A DNA stretch of 64,000 bases from Paludibacteraceae bacterium (GCA_045639365.1 JAZUCY010000010.1:20615-84614); one strand, 5' to 3'. Shown: positions 15,642 to 25,929, counted from the first letter of the stretch. Made by a program: numbers and translations. Notes: generated by a model not told the origin, from the letters alone.

Positions 15642-18600
15642 TTATTCGATTACTTGTCCTTGGATATTGTATTGTTTCTCACCACGGATAATGATTATTT
15701 GTCCATCCTTCATCACTTTGCGCACATTGTTTTCAGGTGCTACCACTGTTGGAGTAGAAGTAGCTTCATTTTCGCCACAAACTACGCGTGCACGGATTGG
15801 TCTTCCTGTACTATTAATAAAGTATGCACGCAAACCAAGCAATGCAGTAGGATGATTACCTGCGCTATAAATATGCTTGTCAGATGCCAACCAATACTCA
15901 CTTGCTTGAGTCAATCTACCTCCGCCATCCAGTATTGGTTGCATAGTGATAGCACCAATTGTAACAGGATTTTGGGTTGTGTTAATAATCACATTTTCAA
16001 TAGTGAAACCATCTTTTGCATCATAATCATCATCTAGCAATTCTATGATATATGGTGTACCCGCTTTGATGGTTGTTGTTGGATCAAATTGCAAGTAGAA
16101 CATGCCATTTTCATCTTCTCCTACACTATTGAACTCATACACTGTCGCATCACCAAACACAGCTTGTATTTGTGTGGCACCCATATCGAATGGCAGAGTA
16201 AGAGTCAAAATGCTATTTGGCGCAAAGTTGCGAACTACCTTGGCTGTCACCTCTTTACCCTCGAATGGAGTGAGAGCGGTCGTATTGTTAGCATTTTCAT
16301 CTACAATCACCTCTTCTACCACGCGGAAGATATGTTGACTTGCACCAGGTGTTGTCACCTCACCGCTATATGGCATAGCGTATGCAACCAGTTTATGATT
16401 AACGTCACCTACCACATACAGGTTATTGGCATAATCCCATGCAAAATCGTTTTGTGAACGACCCACAGTACTTATACTGATGGTTTTTTCTTCGGTTAAA
16501 ACGGGTTTGCCATCAGCATCCTTGCTTACGCTATATAGCACTGCATTAGTTCCACCTGCAATCACCACTTTGGTAAAGTCGCTATTGAAACGAAAACCTG
16601 CATTATTGGTATTATCTCGGAGTTCTTTGTAGTCTTCTACGCCCTCAGCAGTAAAGTGTACCAAACCAGGACATTTTTCAGTTGTTTCTGATCGATTTTG
16701 TACATACCAAACGCCACCATCTTTATCATATTGTACTTGTGCGTTTGTAGCTGCAAGAAAATAGCTTTTACCAGGACCTGTATTATCATGTGGGAATGCT
16801 TTCGATGGAGCAGCATTCCATGTTGTTGCTGTACCAAGGTTATATTCTGACACTCTAAATCCCTGATAATTAAAACCGTATGTATCCGTATTGGCAGACA
16901 GCATCAAAAGTTGCAAGTCTGCACCTGAACCACGCACATCAAAGCCCGCGTTAGGACCAGCTACGAAGGTAGAACCATTATAAAGGTCTTTTTTCTCATC
17001 TTGTGTTAGACCAGTAAACACCTTAGTCCAGGTATTCATATTATCTGGATTTACTTCCCAAAGCACATCGCCATTGGTGTTGAGCGACGTCACGAAGATA
17101 CGACCGTCATCGGATATACGCACACGGTAAGGTGCATATGCATCTGCACCATTATTATCTGCACGCTTTTCGGTAAAGGTATTACCACCATTGTAGCCAG
17201 GGTCTGTACCATTAGCTGCAGGAGTGAAGTCTGGATTAAACGCGTAGATACCTGCGCCATAGCCAGTACTCAAGTAACCATCTGTGTGTTTCACACTATG
17301 ACGGCTTTCTGTTACAAGGATTCTACCAAAGGTTTTGTTCGCTGGGTTATTATCAATATCGATAGATGTAGGGTAAAGCAATTCATAATTCGTTGCGCAC
17401 TCGGCTACCTCTGTTCGCTTGTCAGATACGGCAATCACATTCCATGTGAGCGCTTTATTTGATGGCAATTGAGCCAACTCGCCGTCCGTCAAAGTTATAG
17501 CATACGTATGCGCACCACGCGTAATACCAGTACTTTGTTTTCTGATGTATTCCACATCGCCATCGCTGAGGGTAATATATACTTCTTTGGCATCTGCATT
17601 CAATGTGTAGTGGGTAGTGAATGTCTTAGCAGCTACATCCCATGTGGCACTCAGATTGTATGCGTATGGGTTCAATGCTGTTGCACTTGGAGCCTCATCC
17701 AATGTGATAGTAAATGTATGCAACGTAGCATCGGTTATCAGTGTGACGGTCAGCGTATTACCATCGGCTTTTACTGCTGTGGCAGCAGCGGTAGCAGCTA
17801 CAGGAGTTGTCAACACACCATTCTTCAACCATTTAGCAGCACCCAAACCATTGGTAATATCCATCACGCGTACGCCTCCCACCTTACCACTAACATCTGC
17901 GTATGGAGCCACCATCAGGTGTTTGCCGTTGACGGTGAGATAAGTCACGCCGTTGTATGTCTTGCCAAGAGTACCTGCTGCCAGTTTTGTACCCTCTGCT
18001 ACGTCTTTATTGGACTGTGATAGATCAGGAATAAAAATTTCAAATGGTTCCACTAAATTGCCATCTACAAAATAATTAGTTTCACCAAATGGAGATGCAT
18101 TCAACTCATAATTTTGACCAATAATATCGGTTGTGTAATTATCCTCTCGCGCCCCAAAAGATGCTGAGTGTGCACCATCTTTTATCGTAAAGAGTGTATA
18201 ACGGAATCCATTATCTGTTGTATTAGCGGTTACACCCGTTATGAATATATAAGCATTGGTAGAAGTTCCCTTGATAGCCATCGTATGACCTTGGATAGAC
18301 CTGAACCACGAAGATGAGAGTTGGGAGGTGAACCATACTGTGGGATTGCCAGCCAAATCATCCCACTTGTAAATGCGCGTTGTACCACGCTTATAACCAG
18401 CATCTACATTTTCATCTTCATTCTGACACACAACCTTGTTACAAGCCACCAACTTGCCGTCATCTGTAATAGCAATGTCTGAAATAGAGAGGTAGTCGCC
18501 AGCATTGTCAGGATCGCGCGCTACAACATTTTTTTGCGAAATGGCTGTAGCCACACCATTGGTCACGCGGTAGATATGAGGTGTACCGTCTGCCTCGTGC

Positions 18601-20702
18601 GTGAGAACGATAATATCCTCACCCAATTGAATAGCGCGTTTCACCACACCAACTATCTCCTCTGGAATCTCAATGGTAGTAGTCAGCGTGTGGAGAGTAG
18701 CGTCGGTTATGAGGGTAATGGTCAGGGTGTTGCCATCTACTTGTACTGCCGTCGCAGTGGCTGTGGCTGCTACAGAAGCATCCAAATCGGCTGTGGCTTT
18801 CAGTTCAGCTGCATCCAAACCGCTGGTAATATCCAATACTTTCACACCTGCGACCTTACCGCTTCCGTCAGCGTATGGAGCCACCATCAGGTGCATACCT
18901 CGAATGCTCAAATAGGTTGCACCATTGTATTGAGCAGGCAAAGTAGCAGCATCCATACGACCGAGGACTGTTACATCCTTACCATTAGCAGCGACTTGGA
19001 ACTCCGATGGCACCATCTTACCTGCATCCATGATAAAATGCCCAGTGCCCTTTGGAGAAGCAGACAATTGCAAATCTTCACCCATGGTATAGGTATAGTA
19101 TGTTGCATTTCCGCCACTGATTGTGCTACCTTGGTATATACGGTCTGATTTGATACCGTTGGTTATCGTAAAATAGTTCATACGTACCGAACCATCGGCA
19201 CCGCCCGCTTCGCCATTTACATTATAATGACGTCCTGTCACAAGGATATTACAAGCAGTAGAAGAACCACTCAATGCCATGGTGTAACCCATGTCAGCGC
19301 GATATGAGTTGGCAGCAAATTGCTCAGAAAACCATTCTCTTGCTCCACCTGTCAAATCATCCCAAATATAGAAACGGTTAGTACCTCTCTTATAACCAGT
19401 ATCGACTTGAGCATCTGCATTTTGACAACGAATATAATTACAAGCCACCAACTTGCCATCATCTGTCACAGCAATATCCGAGATTGAGAGGTAGTCGCCA
19501 GCATTGTCTGGATCGCGCGCTAAAACGCCTTCTTGCGAAATGATAGATACCTCACCATTGGTTACTCGGTAGATATGGGGTGTACCGTCTGCCTCGTGCG
19601 TGAGAACAATAATATCCTCACCCACTTGAATAGCGCGTTTTACCACACCTATTATCTCCTCTGGATGATCAGGAGTCGTCGTCAGTGTATGGAGAGTAGC
19701 ATCGGTTACAAGGGTAATGGTCAACATATTGCCATCTGCTTTCACTGCGGTGGCAGCAGCCGTAGCAGCTACAGGAGTCGCCAAGTTGATAGTTTCTTTC
19801 AGTTCAGCAGCATTTAAACCGTTGGTGATATCCAATACTTTCACACCTGCTACATTGCCACTGGCATCAGCGTATGGAGCCACCATCACATGCTTTCCGT
19901 TAACGGTAAGATACGTAGCACCATTGTATTTCTTGCCGAGAGTACCCTCAGCCAATACAGCAGAAGCCGAATATGCATCACCTTTGCCAGCAGGAACAAC
20001 AAACTCGGATGGTTCGCTCAACTCGCCTTCAAGATACCAATTACCTATTGTAGCAGAAGCATTTAGTTGAAAATGCACACCTTGTGATGGCTCTTTATAG
20101 TATGCTGCTGTAGTATGAAGACCAAACGTAAAGTAACTATCACTTTTATACTCTCCACCGACAACTTTGTGCAAATCCATACGAACAGCACGATTGTTGT
20201 TATGCACAGCAGTTACCAAAATTTCTGCATTCTGAGATGTCCCCTTTAGCGCAAAAGTACGTCCTACATCAGCTACATTTGAATTTCCTGTAGTTTGAGT
20301 GGTAAACCACGTAGAAGGATCTCCTGCAATCTCATCCCAAATATAGAATCGGCTGGTACCTCTCTTATAACCAGTTACTAATTGTTCATCACTATACTGA
20401 CAACGAATATAATTACATGCTACCAACTTGCCATCTTCGGTTACCGCAATATCTGAGATTGAGAGATAGTCACCCAGATTGTTAGGGTCGCGGGCTACCA
20501 CACCTATTAGGGAAACGGCAACTGCCTCACCATTGGTTACTCGGTAGATGTGGGGTGTTCCGTCAGCTTCGTGGGTGAGAACGACAACATGTTCACCATA
20601 TTGAATGGCACGTTTTACCACGCCAACAATGGAGGCTGCATAAGTTGCAACGGAGAACAAACTAATTGTAATAGCAACTAATAATAGAGTTAGTTTTTTC
20701 AT
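15642..20702 (-). CDS. giant repeat-containing surface protein (1686 aa)
   Basis: Signal peptide MKKLTLLLVAITISLFSVATYA. It has three ~325-333-aa tandem repeats (GVVKRAIQ.GE..VVLTHEADGTPHIYRVTNG...DYLSISDIAVT.DGKLVACN). It also has one LNPYAYNL Ig-like plus propeller-like module homologous to the triplicated module of the neighbouring gene. The final ~230 aa are shared with that gene and end in KVMKDGQIIIIRGEKQYNIQGQVIE. Confidence 0.85.
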   Translation of the reverse strand: MKKLTLLLVAITISLFSVATYAASIVGVVKRAIQYGEHVVVLTHEADGTPHIYRVTNGEAVAVSLIGVVARDPNNLGDYLSISDIAVTEDGKLVACNYIRCQYSDEQLVTGYKRGTSRFYIWDEIAGDPSTWFTTQTTGNSNVADVGRTFALKGTSQNAEILVTAVHNNNRAVRMDLHKVVGGEYKSDSYFTFGLHTTAAYYKEPSQGVHFQLNASATIGNWYLEGELSEPSEFVVPAGKGDAYSASAVLAEGTLGKKYNGATYLTVNGKHVMVAPYADASGNVAGVKVLDITNGLNAAELKETINLATPVAATAAATAVKADGNMLTITLVTDATLHTLTTTPDHPEEIIGVVKRAIQVGEDIIVLTHEADGTPHIYRVTNGEVSIISQEGVLARDPDNAGDYLSISDIAVTDDGKLVACNYIRCQNADAQVDTGYKRGTNRFYIWDDLTGGAREWFSEQFAANSYRADMGYTMALSGSSTACNILVTGRHYNVNGEAGGADGSVRMNYFTITNGIKSDRIYQGSTISGGNATYYTYTMGEDLQLSASPKGTGHFIMDAGKMVPSEFQVAANGKDVTVLGRMDAATLPAQYNGATYLSIRGMHLMVAPYADGSGKVAGVKVLDITSGLDAAELKATADLDASVAATATATAVQVDGNTLTITLITDATLHTLTTTIEIPEEIVGVVKRAIQLGEDIIVLTHEADGTPHIYRVTNGVATAISQKNVVARDPDNAGDYLSISDIAITDDGKLVACNKVVCQNEDENVDAGYKRGTTRIYKWDDLAGNPTVWFTSQLSSSWFRSIQGHTMAIKGTSTNAYIFITGVTANTTDNGFRYTLFTIKDGAHSASFGAREDNYTTDIIGQNYELNASPFGETNYFVDGNLVEPFEIFIPDLSQSNKDVAEGTKLAAGTLGKTYNGVTYLTVNGKHLMVAPYADVSGKVGGVRVMDITNGLGAAKWLKNGVLTTPVAATAAATAVKADGNTLTVTLITDATLHTFTITLDEAPSATALNPYAYNLSATWDVAAKTFTTHYTLNADAKEVYITLSDGDVEYIRKQSTGITRGAHTYAITLTDGELAQLPSNKALTWNVIAVSDKRTEVAECATNYELLYPTSIDIDNNPANKTFGRILVTESRHSVKHTDGYLSTGYGAGIYAFNPDFTPAANGTDPGYNGGNTFTEKRADNNGADAYAPYRVRISDDGRIFVTSLNTNGDVLWEVNPDNMNTWTKVFTGLTQDEKKDLYNGSTFVAGPNAGFDVRGSGADLQLLMLSANTDTYGFNYQGFRVSEYNLGTATTWNAAPSKAFPHDNTGPGKSYFLAATNAQVQYDKDGGVWYVQNRSETTEKCPGLVHFTAEGVEDYKELRDNTNNAGFRFNSDFTKVVIAGGTNAVLYSVSKDADGKPVLTEEKTISISTVGRSQNDFAWDYANNLYVVGDVNHKLVAYAMPYSGEVTTPGASQHIFRVVEEVIVDENANNTTALTPFEGKEVTAKVVRNFAPNSILTLTLPFDMGATQIQAVFGDATVYEFNSVGEDENGMFYLQFDPTTTIKAGTPYIIELLDDDYDAKDGFTIENVIINTTQNPVTIGAITMQPILDGGGRLTQASEYWLASDKHIYSAGNHPTALLGLRAYFINSTGRPIRARVVCGENEATSTPTVVAPENNVRKVMKDGQIIIIRGEKQYNIQGQVIE
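17700..20635 (-). repeat. three tandem ~975-999-bp coding repeats inside the 1686-aa gene
   Basis: The GVVKRAIQ-coding 24-mers lie at 20601, 19626 and 18627, giving offsets of 975 and 999 bp. The off-frame plus-strand ORFs at 18534 and 19533 mirror each other. Confidence 0.85.
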
Positions 20703-20765
20703 AATTACTGGGTATTTGATTATTACGGTATAAGTGTGTTATTGGAGTACTTTTCCAAAATCGCA

Positions 20766-20773
20766 CAAAGTTA
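20766..20773 (-). promoter_or_regulatory. -7 promoter box (TAACTTTG on the minus strand) for the 1686-aa gene
   Basis: The plus strand reads CAAAGTTA. The downstream leader GGTATTTGATTAT(T)TACGG is conserved with the leader of the 1586-aa gene. Confidence 0.55.
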
Positions 20774-20857
20774 CAACAAAAATTATGAATATGCAAGATA
20801 TTTATAAAAAAAAGTGTAAAATATTATGAAAAACACGTAAATTGTTGTAAAATAGAC

Positions 20858-20897
20858 ACCAACAACCACCCCTGCCGCTCGCAGAGGTGGTTGTTTG
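20858..20897 (-). terminator. hairpin terminator after small ORF 20942..21076
   Basis: AACAACCACC(20861-20870)/GGTGGTTGTT(20885-20894) plus 3 further pairs. The stem words are the same as in the 15366 and 14927 copies. Confidence 0.65.
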
Positions 20898-20941
20898 GGT
20901 TAGTATTTGCAGGTAGCTTTCTGCAACTACCTTATGGAACA

Positions 20942-21076
20942 TTAGTCTATAGAACCAGGCACACCTGTTCCATCGTACAAGTTAAGTGGCCCTACTGGAG
21001 GGCTGCCAGCCATTATAGCATTAGTACTTAAGAGCAGAACGGCTTTGGTCTCTGGTGTTTGATATACTTTTTTCAT
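20942..21076 (-). CDS. small ORF, 44 aa: MKKVYQTPETKAVLLLSTNAIMAGSPPVGPLNLYDGTGVPGSID
   Basis: Hand-translated and absent from the track. It lies 42 nt downstream of the 1586-aa gene. It shares the MKKVY..P N-terminus and a Gly/Pro/Ser/Thr-rich tail with ORF 15433..15570. Confidence 0.55.
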   Translation of the reverse strand: MKKVYQTPETKAVLLLSTNAIMAGSPPVGPLNLYDGTGVPGSID

Positions 21077-21118
21077 AACTTCAATATTCAATGATTCAAC
21101 TATTCAATGATTTCAGGA

Positions 21119-24100
21119 TTATTCCATTCGTTGTCCTTGTACATTATACTTTTGCTCGCCGCGAATGATAATGAGTTGACCATTCTTCATCACTTTGCGC
21201 ACATTGTTTTCCGATTGTGCTTCTACCATTGGGATAGAGGTGGCTTCGTTGTCTTGGAATACCACGCGAGCTCGGATTGGCAGTGATGAAGTGGATTCAA
21301 AGTATGCACGCAAACCTACGAGAGCCATATTGTATGTTCCTGCGTTATACAAACCACCTCCTGACAGATAGTACTGATTGTTTTGATCCAATGTGTCACC
21401 TGCATCTAATACAGGAATCATTGATACTCCATCTTCGGTAACAGGAGACCATGACAAATCAATCTCTACACCTTCAATAGTGAAACCATCTTCTGCATCG
21501 TATCCACTTGTAGCGGTAACGAGGATATATGGTTTGCCTGCGGTGATAGAAGTAACAGGAGTGAATTGCAAGTGAACTTCAGTTGCATTATATTTTTCAA
21601 CATTGTAGAATTCGTACACTTTCGCATTGCCGAAGAAAGTACTAATTTGCGAAGCACTCATATCGAATGGCAGAGTAAGAGTCAAAATGCTATTTGGCGC
21701 AAAGTTGCGAACAACATTCGCAGTCACCACATCACCCTCAAATGGAGTAAGAGCGTTCGTGTTGTCTGCATTTTCATCGATGGTCACCTCATACTCTACA
21801 CGGAAGGTATATTGAGAAGCAGCAGGGGTAGTTACTTCGCCGTCGTATGGCAAGCGGTAAGCCGCTGCCCACTCGTTGCTATTACTTACAGCATAGAAGT
21901 TATTCGCATAATCCCATGCAAAGTCATTGATATTGCTACCAAGAGTTGCCAAACTAAATCCAGATTCCCATGTCAATACTGGTTTGCCTGTTCCATCTTT
22001 GCTAACTTTGTAGAAGTTTACAAATGCATTATCTGCAATCGCAACTTTTGTAAAGTCATTATTGAATCGGAAACCAGCATTGCGAGTTAGATTACGTAGC
22101 CATTTAAAGTCTTCTACACCACTTGTGTTGACATGAACCAAACCAGGCTCAGCCTCTGTCGTCGCGCCACGATATTGGATATACCACACACCACCATCCT
22201 TGTCAAACTGCGCATTGGACTGGTTAGTAACAAGCATATAATCAGCACCTGCAACCTCTTTTGTAGGTTCTGTACTCCATGTAGAAGCCGTACCAAGATT
22301 ATATATATGACACTTAAAGTTAGCCACTTGTGCACCTGGTAAGGAAGCCGAAAGCATCAAAAGTTGGAGATTAGCACCTTCTCCGCGCACATCGAAACCA
22401 GCATTGGTACCCGCAACAAACTTACCACTTCCATCTTTCAATGTATAACCATCATTTGTACCTTGGAATACAGTAGTCCAATCATTCAAATCTTCAGTAT
22501 TCACTTCCCAAAGATACTCACCACTACCATCTTGTGCTGTTGCGAAGATACGACCATCATCAGAGATACGAATACGACGAGGAGCAAACATATTAGCTGC
22601 CGTACTGAATGTCCTGTTACCGTTGTATTTACCCGTAATTTCAAATGCTGGGTCGAAAGCAAAAATACCCGCACCGAAACCTTTACTGATATAAGGGTTT
22701 GTACTTGTAGTATTCTTAACGGATTGCATTGCCTCATTCACCAACACCATTCCAAAATTCTTACTTTCTGGGTTATTATCAATATCCACAGAAGATGGGT
22801 GAAACAATTTATGCTTTGTTGCGTACTCCTTAACCTTATCCACAGAAGTGCCATTTACCACCATCTTCCAAGTCAAATCAGTATTCATAGGCAAGCCTTC
22901 GGTTGGAATAGTAATCGAGTGTACGCCCTTAGTCAGGTCTGTACATGGCACTAGTTTAACCTCTGTAGTACCATTCATAATGACTACTTTCGCACTATTA
23001 GCAGGCGCATTGAGTGAATAATTTATCTTCACATTCTTACCACCATCTATCAACTCGGAAGAAAGACCGTATGCAAATGGGTTGAGGTCTGAAGTTGTAG
23101 AAGGCACCCAACCTGCCAATGGTGTAAATTCATATTGTGTAGCACATGGAGTAGTAATTGTTCCGCTGTAAGGGAGAGCGAAAGCAATTATTTTCTCTCC
23201 GGAGTTTCCTACTACATATAAGTTTTCACCAAAGTCCACTGCAAATTCATTCAAGTTTCGACCAATATGATTTGCCGCCACATTCCATTTTGGAGTCAAT
23301 GTGACTTTACCCGCAGCGTCTTTTCCTATAGTATATACTGTAAAGTTACCTACTGTAGAACTTGTACGAGCCTTGCCTTTAAAAAGCATACCATTGTGCA
23401 CTAACACACCGTCACCACCATAAAACTCAGCATTTTCAGAATAGTAGTCTCTATTTCCGTTTTTATCAAAGTGTACTAAGTTTGGTTGATTTGCGTTGCC
23501 CGCACGGCTTGCACCAAACCAATAACCTCCTTCACCATCGTAAATAACTTGGGCGTTAGAATACACATATCCATACTTACCATTAAAGCAAGTTATCGGT
23601 GTTGGTGCTTTGGAATTATCCCATTTAGTATCTTCACCTAAAGCATATTCATCTAAACGGAAGAGACTTTGTGTCTGACCTGTTATTCCTGTTCCACTTG
23701 CAGAATATAATAAGAGTTTCAAATCTTTTCCGCTACCGATGACATCCATACTCACATTCATTCCCGCTAAGAATTGACCATCTGATGTGGTAAAAGCATT
23801 TCCTTTCATTGTAGTACTTGTTTTTTCTTGTCCACGAGCAAGAACTTCCGTCCACGTTTGAAGATCTTTTGAAAGTTCCCAAACAAACTTACCATTCAAA
23901 TCACAAGAAGAAACAAAAATACGACCATCATCGGAAATTTTCACGCGCCATGGTTGGTATCCGTATGATGCCCATTGGCGAGTAAAATCTATCCCACCAT
24001 TATACACTTTTCCGTCAGTTGCAAACTCTGGTGTAAATGCATACAAACCAGCACCTTTACTAGATGATAAATAACCTGACGCAGGAACTGCTTGCATTGC

Positions 24101-25879
24101 CTCTGCAGCAAGAATTCGACCAAAGTACTCTGAATTTGGATTCTTGTCAATTGCCAAACCGTGAGGACAATAGAGTGAATAGTAAGTGGAAACTTGTGTA
24201 GGTACAGATTTGGTAGTACCTTTTACTTCTACACTCCATGATAATTTACGATTGAGTGGAATATTATCACCTGCCACAGAAATGACTTCTGTGTATGAAC
24301 CACGCGTTTTACCGCTGCAAGCAATACGTTTCAACTCCAAATTGCCATCCTTAATAACAATATCAACAGAATTTGCATTCGCATTGAGGGTGTAGTTGAT
24401 AGTTAATACTTTGTTCGTATTATTGAAAGTAGATGTCAAATTATATGCGTATGGGTTAAGTTCCGATGCCTTAGCCATTTGTGCTGCCGAATTAATCGTA
24501 AACTCATACTTAGAAGCGCAGGGGGTGGAAACTGAACCAGAGTAAGGAAGTGCATAAGCAAGAATCTTTTCACCGTTGTTTCCAATTACATATAAATTCT
24601 CAGCAAAGTCAACCGCAAACTCATTATGATTACGTCCTAATCCTGTTGATGCAACTTTCCATTTTTGGGTCAAAGTGGTTTTACCATTTGCATCCTTCCC
24701 TATCGTATAAATACCAAAATTACCATCTGTAGAAGAAGTACGAGCCAATCCTTTAAAAAGTAAACCTTTATGTACCAAAACTCCACCTCCGCCATAGAAA
24801 GTTGTTGTCTCATCTCTAAAACCTTCTGTACCGTCAGCCTTAATATGCACTAAGTTTGGTTGACCAGCATTGCCACCACGACTACCGCCAAACCAATAGC
24901 CACCTTCCCCATCGTAAATAAAATCCACATCTGTGTGCGTTACACCAAATTTACCACCATTGATAATATTCTTTGGAGTTCCTGTAAATGTTGTTGCAGT
25001 GCCAAGTTTGTATTCATCCAAACGATAACCAGATTGGTTGTATGCAATACCCTTATTATTAGTAGAATATAGCAACAGTGTTAAATCATCTCCGCTTCCT
25101 TTTACGTCCATAGCAACATTCAAACCAGCAAAGAAAGCACCATCCTTCTTTATGGTATAATCAGTAGCATCATTCGTTCCATATATAACAGGTGTCCAAG
25201 TGTTTAAGTCTTTAGAAACTTCCCAAACTACCACCCCATTTATATCACAAGAAGAAACAAAAATACGACCATCTTCTGAAATTTTCACCTGATATGGTTG
25301 ATAGCCATTACTTGTTAATTTGCGGGTAAAATCATTTCCACCTGTGTAACGAGTTTTATCTGTTGTAAAATCTGGATTGAACACATAAAGACCAGCACCC
25401 TTTCCTCCAGAAATATACGTTGTAGCAGATTTACTTGCTACTGCATGCATTGATTCGCTAACTAAAATACGGCCAAAGTTTTCTGATTCGGGGTTATTAT
25501 CAATAGCTAACCCATGAGGACAATAAAGGCCATAGGTTTGTGATTCTTGCGTTGGTTTCGTAACTGAAGTACCCGTCACATCTATTCTCCAACTGAGTTT
25601 TTTGCCGAGAGGCATATTAGGATTATCAAGGGCAACGGTTGCAGTGTACGAACCTTTATCTAGACCTTTGTCATTAAGATTAACGGTCTTGATAACCTTG
25701 TCACCATCTAGTAGAACAAAATCCACATTTGTAGCGGTCGCATTGAGTGAATAATTAACCGTCAACGTGGTCTGATCTGGATTAAGACTAGATGTCAATC
25801 CATATGCAAATGGATTCAACGCTGCAAACGACAGCGTGCTGAATAGCATTGCAACTAAAAATAGAGTAAGTTTTTTCAT
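21119..25879 (-). CDS. giant repeat-containing surface protein (1586 aa), paralog of 15642..20702
   Basis: Signal peptide MKKLTLFLVAMLFSTLSFA. It has three ~455-aa modules. Each begins with LNP[FY]AY[GN]L plus an Ig-like segment, followed by DNNPES.NFGRIL...ISDDGRIFVSSCD propeller-like repeats. The module period is about 1.36-1.38 kb. The C-terminal ~230 aa are shared with the 1686-aa gene and end in KVMKNGQLIIIRGEQKYNVQGQRME. Confidence 0.85.
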   Translation of the reverse strand: MKKLTLFLVAMLFSTLSFAALNPFAYGLTSSLNPDQTTLTVNYSLNATATNVDFVLLDGDKVIKTVNLNDKGLDKGSYTATVALDNPNMPLGKKLSWRIDVTGTSVTKPTQESQTYGLYCPHGLAIDNNPESENFGRILVSESMHAVASKSATTYISGGKGAGLYVFNPDFTTDKTRYTGGNDFTRKLTSNGYQPYQVKISEDGRIFVSSCDINGVVVWEVSKDLNTWTPVIYGTNDATDYTIKKDGAFFAGLNVAMDVKGSGDDLTLLLYSTNNKGIAYNQSGYRLDEYKLGTATTFTGTPKNIINGGKFGVTHTDVDFIYDGEGGYWFGGSRGGNAGQPNLVHIKADGTEGFRDETTTFYGGGGVLVHKGLLFKGLARTSSTDGNFGIYTIGKDANGKTTLTQKWKVASTGLGRNHNEFAVDFAENLYVIGNNGEKILAYALPYSGSVSTPCASKYEFTINSAAQMAKASELNPYAYNLTSTFNNTNKVLTINYTLNANANSVDIVIKDGNLELKRIACSGKTRGSYTEVISVAGDNIPLNRKLSWSVEVKGTTKSVPTQVSTYYSLYCPHGLAIDKNPNSEYFGRILAAEAMQAVPASGYLSSSKGAGLYAFTPEFATDGKVYNGGIDFTRQWASYGYQPWRVKISDDGRIFVSSCDLNGKFVWELSKDLQTWTEVLARGQEKTSTTMKGNAFTTSDGQFLAGMNVSMDVIGSGKDLKLLLYSASGTGITGQTQSLFRLDEYALGEDTKWDNSKAPTPITCFNGKYGYVYSNAQVIYDGEGGYWFGASRAGNANQPNLVHFDKNGNRDYYSENAEFYGGDGVLVHNGMLFKGKARTSSTVGNFTVYTIGKDAAGKVTLTPKWNVAANHIGRNLNEFAVDFGENLYVVGNSGEKIIAFALPYSGTITTPCATQYEFTPLAGWVPSTTSDLNPFAYGLSSELIDGGKNVKINYSLNAPANSAKVVIMNGTTEVKLVPCTDLTKGVHSITIPTEGLPMNTDLTWKMVVNGTSVDKVKEYATKHKLFHPSSVDIDNNPESKNFGMVLVNEAMQSVKNTTSTNPYISKGFGAGIFAFDPAFEITGKYNGNRTFSTAANMFAPRRIRISDDGRIFATAQDGSGEYLWEVNTEDLNDWTTVFQGTNDGYTLKDGSGKFVAGTNAGFDVRGEGANLQLLMLSASLPGAQVANFKCHIYNLGTASTWSTEPTKEVAGADYMLVTNQSNAQFDKDGGVWYIQYRGATTEAEPGLVHVNTSGVEDFKWLRNLTRNAGFRFNNDFTKVAIADNAFVNFYKVSKDGTGKPVLTWESGFSLATLGSNINDFAWDYANNFYAVSNSNEWAAAYRLPYDGEVTTPAASQYTFRVEYEVTIDENADNTNALTPFEGDVVTANVVRNFAPNSILTLTLPFDMSASQISTFFGNAKVYEFYNVEKYNATEVHLQFTPVTSITAGKPYILVTATSGYDAEDGFTIEGVEIDLSWSPVTEDGVSMIPVLDAGDTLDQNNQYYLSGGGLYNAGTYNMALVGLRAYFESTSSLPIRARVVFQDNEATSIPMVEAQSENNVRKVMKNGQLIIIRGEQKYNVQGQRME

Positions 25880-25921
25880 AAAATATTTGGTATTTGATTA
25901 TTTACGGTTTTCAAAAGCGTG

Positions 25922-25929
25922 CAAAGTTA
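25922..25929 (-). promoter_or_regulatory. -7 promoter box (TAACTTTG on the minus strand) for the 1586-aa gene
   Basis: The plus strand reads CAAAGTTA, about 43 nt upstream of the ATG at 25879. Confidence 0.55.
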
